Below, in pieces: positions 60,620 to 64,000 of a DNA stretch of 64,000 nt. Position numbers and translations under genes: made by a program. The notes under the pieces are model-generated. The model did not search any database. It saw only the letters and a program-made list of their open reading frames with translations, and was not told the DNA's origin. This DNA comes from Candidatus Magasanikiibacteriota bacterium (GTDB lineage: Bacteria; Patescibacteriota; Patescibacteriia; Magasanikbacterales; UBA922), in assembly GCA_016193335.1 (NCBI GenBank), contig JACPSK010000001.1, positions 175,926 through 239,925 of the forward strand, given 5' to 3'. The number at the start of each line of letters is the position of its first letter. Positions within the stretch are counted from its first letter, which is position 1.

Positions 60620-60905
60620 TTTTGTATAAAATAATGTATACAAAATTATATTAATATAGATCTTTTTGTATACATTATTGTACTAAATTAAAAATGTCGA
60701 ATAAACCTCCCCACTCCGAGAGTATTCATCAGTCATTCTTGTATTTAAGATATTTTGTAGTTAAGATAAAATATAATTTTGTATAGATTATTGTATACAA
60801 ATATTATTATATTTTTTCTTTCTTCAAAGCTAGCTACTAAATAAAATAAAAAAACTTGTATATTGACAAAAATACCTTTTTTTGTTAATATTATTGTATA
60901 CAAAA
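60620..60905. repeat. Four copies of a 26-bp operator-like motif, consensus TTTTGTATACATTATTGTATACAAAA
   Basis: Copies at 60620-60645 (inverted), 60664-60689, 60777-60802, 60880-60905. Confidence 0.8.
60863..60891 (+). promoter_or_regulatory. Sigma70 promoter of the HTH gene
   Basis: TTGACA-17bp-TAATAT with extended TG. Confidence 0.7.
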
Positions 60906-60918
60906 TTACTGTTTATTT

Positions 60919-61251
60919 ATGCCTGAACAGAGTTTTTCCCAGCAAAAAGAGGTAATACGAGTATCGGTTTCCGAAGCGGCAAGGCTTTTTGGCGTAAATG
61001 CTCAGACCATTCGAAGAGCGATCAAAAATCAGGAAATCAATTATGTGGTGGTTGCCGATCGCTATAAAATAGATTTTGAAAGCTTGGTAAAATGGTCTCA
61101 AAAGAGAACAACCGTACGAAAAAAAACAAATATTCATGGGATCGGCCAATTTGTAGACAAATGGAAAATATCAAACACTCTTTATTCACCAAGCTCTAAA
61201 AGAATAAAAAAAACAGAAACCCCTGAGGAACAGAAAAAGACAGAAGAATAA
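60919..61251 (+). CDS. Small HTH_17/MerR-like (Xis/BldC-type) DNA-binding protein
   Basis: VSVSEAARLFGVNAQTIRRAIK...RYKIDFESL. Confidence 0.82.
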   Translation: MPEQSFSQQKEVIRVSVSEAARLFGVNAQTIRRAIKNQEINYVVVADRYKIDFESLVKWSQKRTTVRKKTNIHGIGQFVDKWKISNTLYSPSSKRIKKTETPEEQKKTEE

Positions 61252-61434
61252 AGCCTAAGCAAATTCCGCGCTACAACAAACACTGACAATCTCCGACAGA
61301 GCAGGATCCAAATTCTTAACAAAGCGCCAACAAACTCTAGAGACCGGATGAGCGCTCATTAATTAACAAGACAAAACACTGAAGATAACTAGATCTTCCT
61401 GTCTGTTTTAAAAGAGACAAAAAATGCAAAAGAT

Positions 61435-61465
61435 AAGGCCCGAATCCAAGGGCCTTCTTTTTTTC
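61435..61465 (+). terminator. Intrinsic terminator
   Basis: AAGGCC...GGCCTT followed by a T-run. Confidence 0.5.
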
Positions 61466-61692
61466 TTGTTTTTTACCCCCTAAGAGGGATATAATAATCA
61501 CAGTCTGAAATCCTCACCATAAACGGTAATCAAGTCTTACAGATACATTCATACTCGCGACGCCAACTGCCAAAGCCCAACGGTTGGAGATAGCCAATTC
61601 GGGTGCCAGAATAATCGGGACTCTGTACTCAAATCTTCCAAAGACGTATTTCTAAAATATCCATAGATCTGCAAAACCGTATATCCGTACTT

Positions 61693-63561
61693 ATGGATTT
61701 TGTCACAAAACACCTCACGCGCCATCACTTCTTCCGCGCGCCGCATCGCTGGTTTTTTAGTTTGCTTTTGTCCCCCATTCACTTTGCCGAAATACATTAC
61801 CAAAAACGTTATCACCTCAAATACGCTCACGCAAAAAAATTATTCTTCTTTGATAGTGCGCTCCTCGGTACTGTGATCGTCCTTATAACATCAACTCTAT
61901 TTTGGCTGAGCTATGACCCAAGTGTAACGGCCCTCGTATACCTCAATATTTCTCAACAATTGAATGAGGAAGCGCAAAAAAATCCGGAACGAATCTCGAG
62001 CGGTTCATACACCACATATATCGTCTCATACGCGAATAAAAGCGATACAGAGCTGAGAAGTCCCGCCGTCAGCTTACAATTACCCGCAGGATTCATTCTG
62101 GATTCAGCCAAACCTTCTGAAAACTTTTCATCGTCTACCTTTACGTTTAACTTGCCCAGCTTAAAGCCCGGAGCCGAAGGAATTCTCTTCTTCAGTGGAT
62201 GGTTCTATGGCGCAGTGGACAAAGAAACAACGCTCAGCGCTCGCATTTCCTACACGCAAGCCGACAAAGAAGAGCTGGAGACAAAAGCAGTCCACATTCT
62301 CACTACTCTTAGAGGTTCAAGCATGGAGGCAACTATCAACGCGCCAAACTATATAGTATCCCAAGGCTCGCATAAACTCACTTTGAGCCTGCAAAACCGC
62401 GGAACTCATAACATTGAACTCACACGGGTACCGCTTATACTTCCAAGTGGACTTGAAATACGAAACACGACCAACACCATAGGGAACGTGGAAGATACAA
62501 TCTGGACTGTTAAAAATATGGATGCAAATCAGCAAGCCGATCTGGACCTGGATATTTCTTCAAACATAGCTCAGAACCTAAACGAACAAGAGCTTTCATT
62601 CACCCCGGAAATAATTATAGATAGTCATATATTTCCACAGACAAAAATTTCACATGTTTATACTACGGTTCATCCAAATCTTGAAACATCCGCTATCTGG
62701 AGCAAGGCAAACCTAAAGCCCGGAGAAACAGACTCATTAAAAATAAAATTAAAAAACAGCGGCGACACGGCCCTCAAAAATCTCACTTTCTCGGTTCTTT
62801 TATCTCCTGAACTTGTTGACTTAAGCATGCTTGCCAAAATTAATCATGGATTCTTGGAAAAATCTACATTCAACATAGATTCCGGATACAACGCGGGATT
62901 CAGTTCTCTCGAAGTTCAAGAAGAAATAGCAATAAACCTGGATATTCCTATACGCAAAACCCCTAAAGGCGGGACTGACCTCACCATGCGGCTTAAGCCT
63001 GTTTTGAACGCGGATATCAGCGCGAATGGATCTTCATATCGCTTTGAACGTTCATTCGAAACCCCATCAGCGCATATTGGAACCCTGCTTTCATTGGACG
63101 CGGAATCACGTTATTTTACCAATGAAGGAGACCAGCTGGGGCGCGGCCCCTTGCCGCCTCGAGTAGGAGAGCAAACCAAATATTGGGTCTTGATAAACAT
63201 TTCCAATACAAGCAGTCGGGTGCGAGATCTTTCGTTTTCAGCAAAGATTCCGGAATACATACAATGGACCGGCAGATCCAGTGTGAGCAAAGGAAACAAT
63301 CTGACATTCAACGATCAAAACCGTCTGGTGTCTTGGTCCGCCGCGTCTCTTGAACCGTATGAGACAGTAGGACTCTACATAGAGCTTGGTCTCACGCCCA
63401 CCCCAAGCCAAAAAGGAAGCTTTCCTATTCTGCTCAGCGATATCGAACTGAACGGAACAGACAACTACATATCTTCACCATTACAAAACTTTATTTCTTC
63501 TGTGGATTCTTCACTCAAGAACGATAAAAAAGCTCAAGGAAAAGGAGTCGCTGTGCGCTAA
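61693..63561 (+). CDS. Membrane-anchored protein with tandem DUF11/Ig-like domains
   Basis: Single TM, Y.V.Y.N..LP.GF repeats, GPLPPRVGEQTKYWV motif. Confidence 0.72.
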   Translation: MDFVTKHLTRHHFFRAPHRWFFSLLLSPIHFAEIHYQKRYHLKYAHAKKLFFFDSALLGTVIVLITSTLFWLSYDPSVTALVYLNISQQLNEEAQKNPERISSGSYTTYIVSYANKSDTELRSPAVSLQLPAGFILDSAKPSENFSSSTFTFNLPSLKPGAEGILFFSGWFYGAVDKETTLSARISYTQADKEELETKAVHILTTLRGSSMEATINAPNYIVSQGSHKLTLSLQNRGTHNIELTRVPLILPSGLEIRNTTNTIGNVEDTIWTVKNMDANQQADLDLDISSNIAQNLNEQELSFTPEIIIDSHIFPQTKISHVYTTVHPNLETSAIWSKANLKPGETDSLKIKLKNSGDTALKNLTFSVLLSPELVDLSMLAKINHGFLEKSTFNIDSGYNAGFSSLEVQEEIAINLDIPIRKTPKGGTDLTMRLKPVLNADISANGSSYRFERSFETPSAHIGTLLSLDAESRYFTNEGDQLGRGPLPPRVGEQTKYWVLINISNTSSRVRDLSFSAKIPEYIQWTGRSSVSKGNNLTFNDQNRLVSWSAASLEPYETVGLYIELGLTPTPSQKGSFPILLSDIELNGTDNYISSPLQNFISSVDSSLKNDKKAQGKGVAVR

Positions 63562-63697
63562 AATTCGCGGGAGTATCTGGATTTTAATAAGCTCTCATTT
63601 CTTACAGCTCGCTTCTTTATCGAGATTAAAATTTAATTATACACGCTTTCTCTTACAAAAATGGCTTAAATAAGGCATTTTTTTATACTTTTTATTA

Positions 63698-63726
63698 TTG
63701 ACAAAAGGAGAATTTTGTGCTAGAGT
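63698..63726 (+). promoter_or_regulatory. Sigma70 promoter
   Basis: TTGACA-17bp-TAGAGT with extended TG. Confidence 0.55.
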
Positions 63727-63943
63727 GTTCTGTTCTATAGCGTATCTCTGCTATAGTACAAAAGGCTCTTTACAAGCGGTGAATATAATCCTATCCGCCC
63801 TTCTTTTTATTGACAAAACTTATTTTGCCAGATGAAAAGAAGGGCGGAAAAAACGCCTACATTTTCTAAGAAGGGAGGCCTCGCTGTTCCGGCGAAGCGC
63901 ACTCAACCAATTGGCATAGCAAGAGCAAGGGAGAAACCTAATA

Positions 63944-64000
63944 ATGAGCGGCAAGATCATGAATTTTTTTGTGGCGACGGTGCTGGTGCTTTCGTCTTCC
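63944..64000 (+). CDS. 5' end of a probable secreted protein (runs off the right edge)
   Basis: AAGGGAG RBS then MSGKIMNFFVATVLVLSSS, signal-peptide-like. Confidence 0.45.
   Translation, partial: MSGKIMNFFVATVLVLSSS

Noticed and set aside
60620-60905. CRISPR array or oriC
   Set aside because: Repeats are irregularly spaced (44, 113, 103 bp) with one inverted, no cas genes are present, and there is no DnaA-box cluster or dnaA

Overview
Bacterial genomic DNA. The gene families (DUF5667-type anti-sigma, repeated surface-anchor domains, Thr/Ser-rich surface proteins, no lipid A/Kdo genes in the window) suggest a Patescibacteria/CPR (Parcubacteria-like) organism; this is an inference. Positions ~1-43.8 kb form a mostly minus-strand surface-glycan supercluster. 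It encodes NDP-sugar enzymes (Uxs, Gmd, RmlC, WecC-like, and a GmhA/HddA/GmhB/HddC-type heptose pathway with its own transaldolase), GT4s, four polyprenyl-phosphate-type GT2s, six GT-C-like membrane proteins, a UbiA/HAD pair and tailoring enzymes. An IS30 deletion scar interrupts it. Positions 43.9-60.2 kb hold surface-protein genes: two copies of a [small membrane protein + trimeric-fibre-like repeat protein] module (one frameshifted), an O-antigen-ligase/O-OTase-like protein, a 1258-aa S-layer-like protein preceded by a highly structured ~170-nt leader, and an ECF sigma/anti-sigma pair with an ECF-type promoter. Positions 60.6-61.3 kb hold an HTH gene preceded by four copies of a 26-bp double-palindrome operator. 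A TA-targeting palindromic MITE family sits in stop codons. All calls come from reading motifs by eye; no searches were run.
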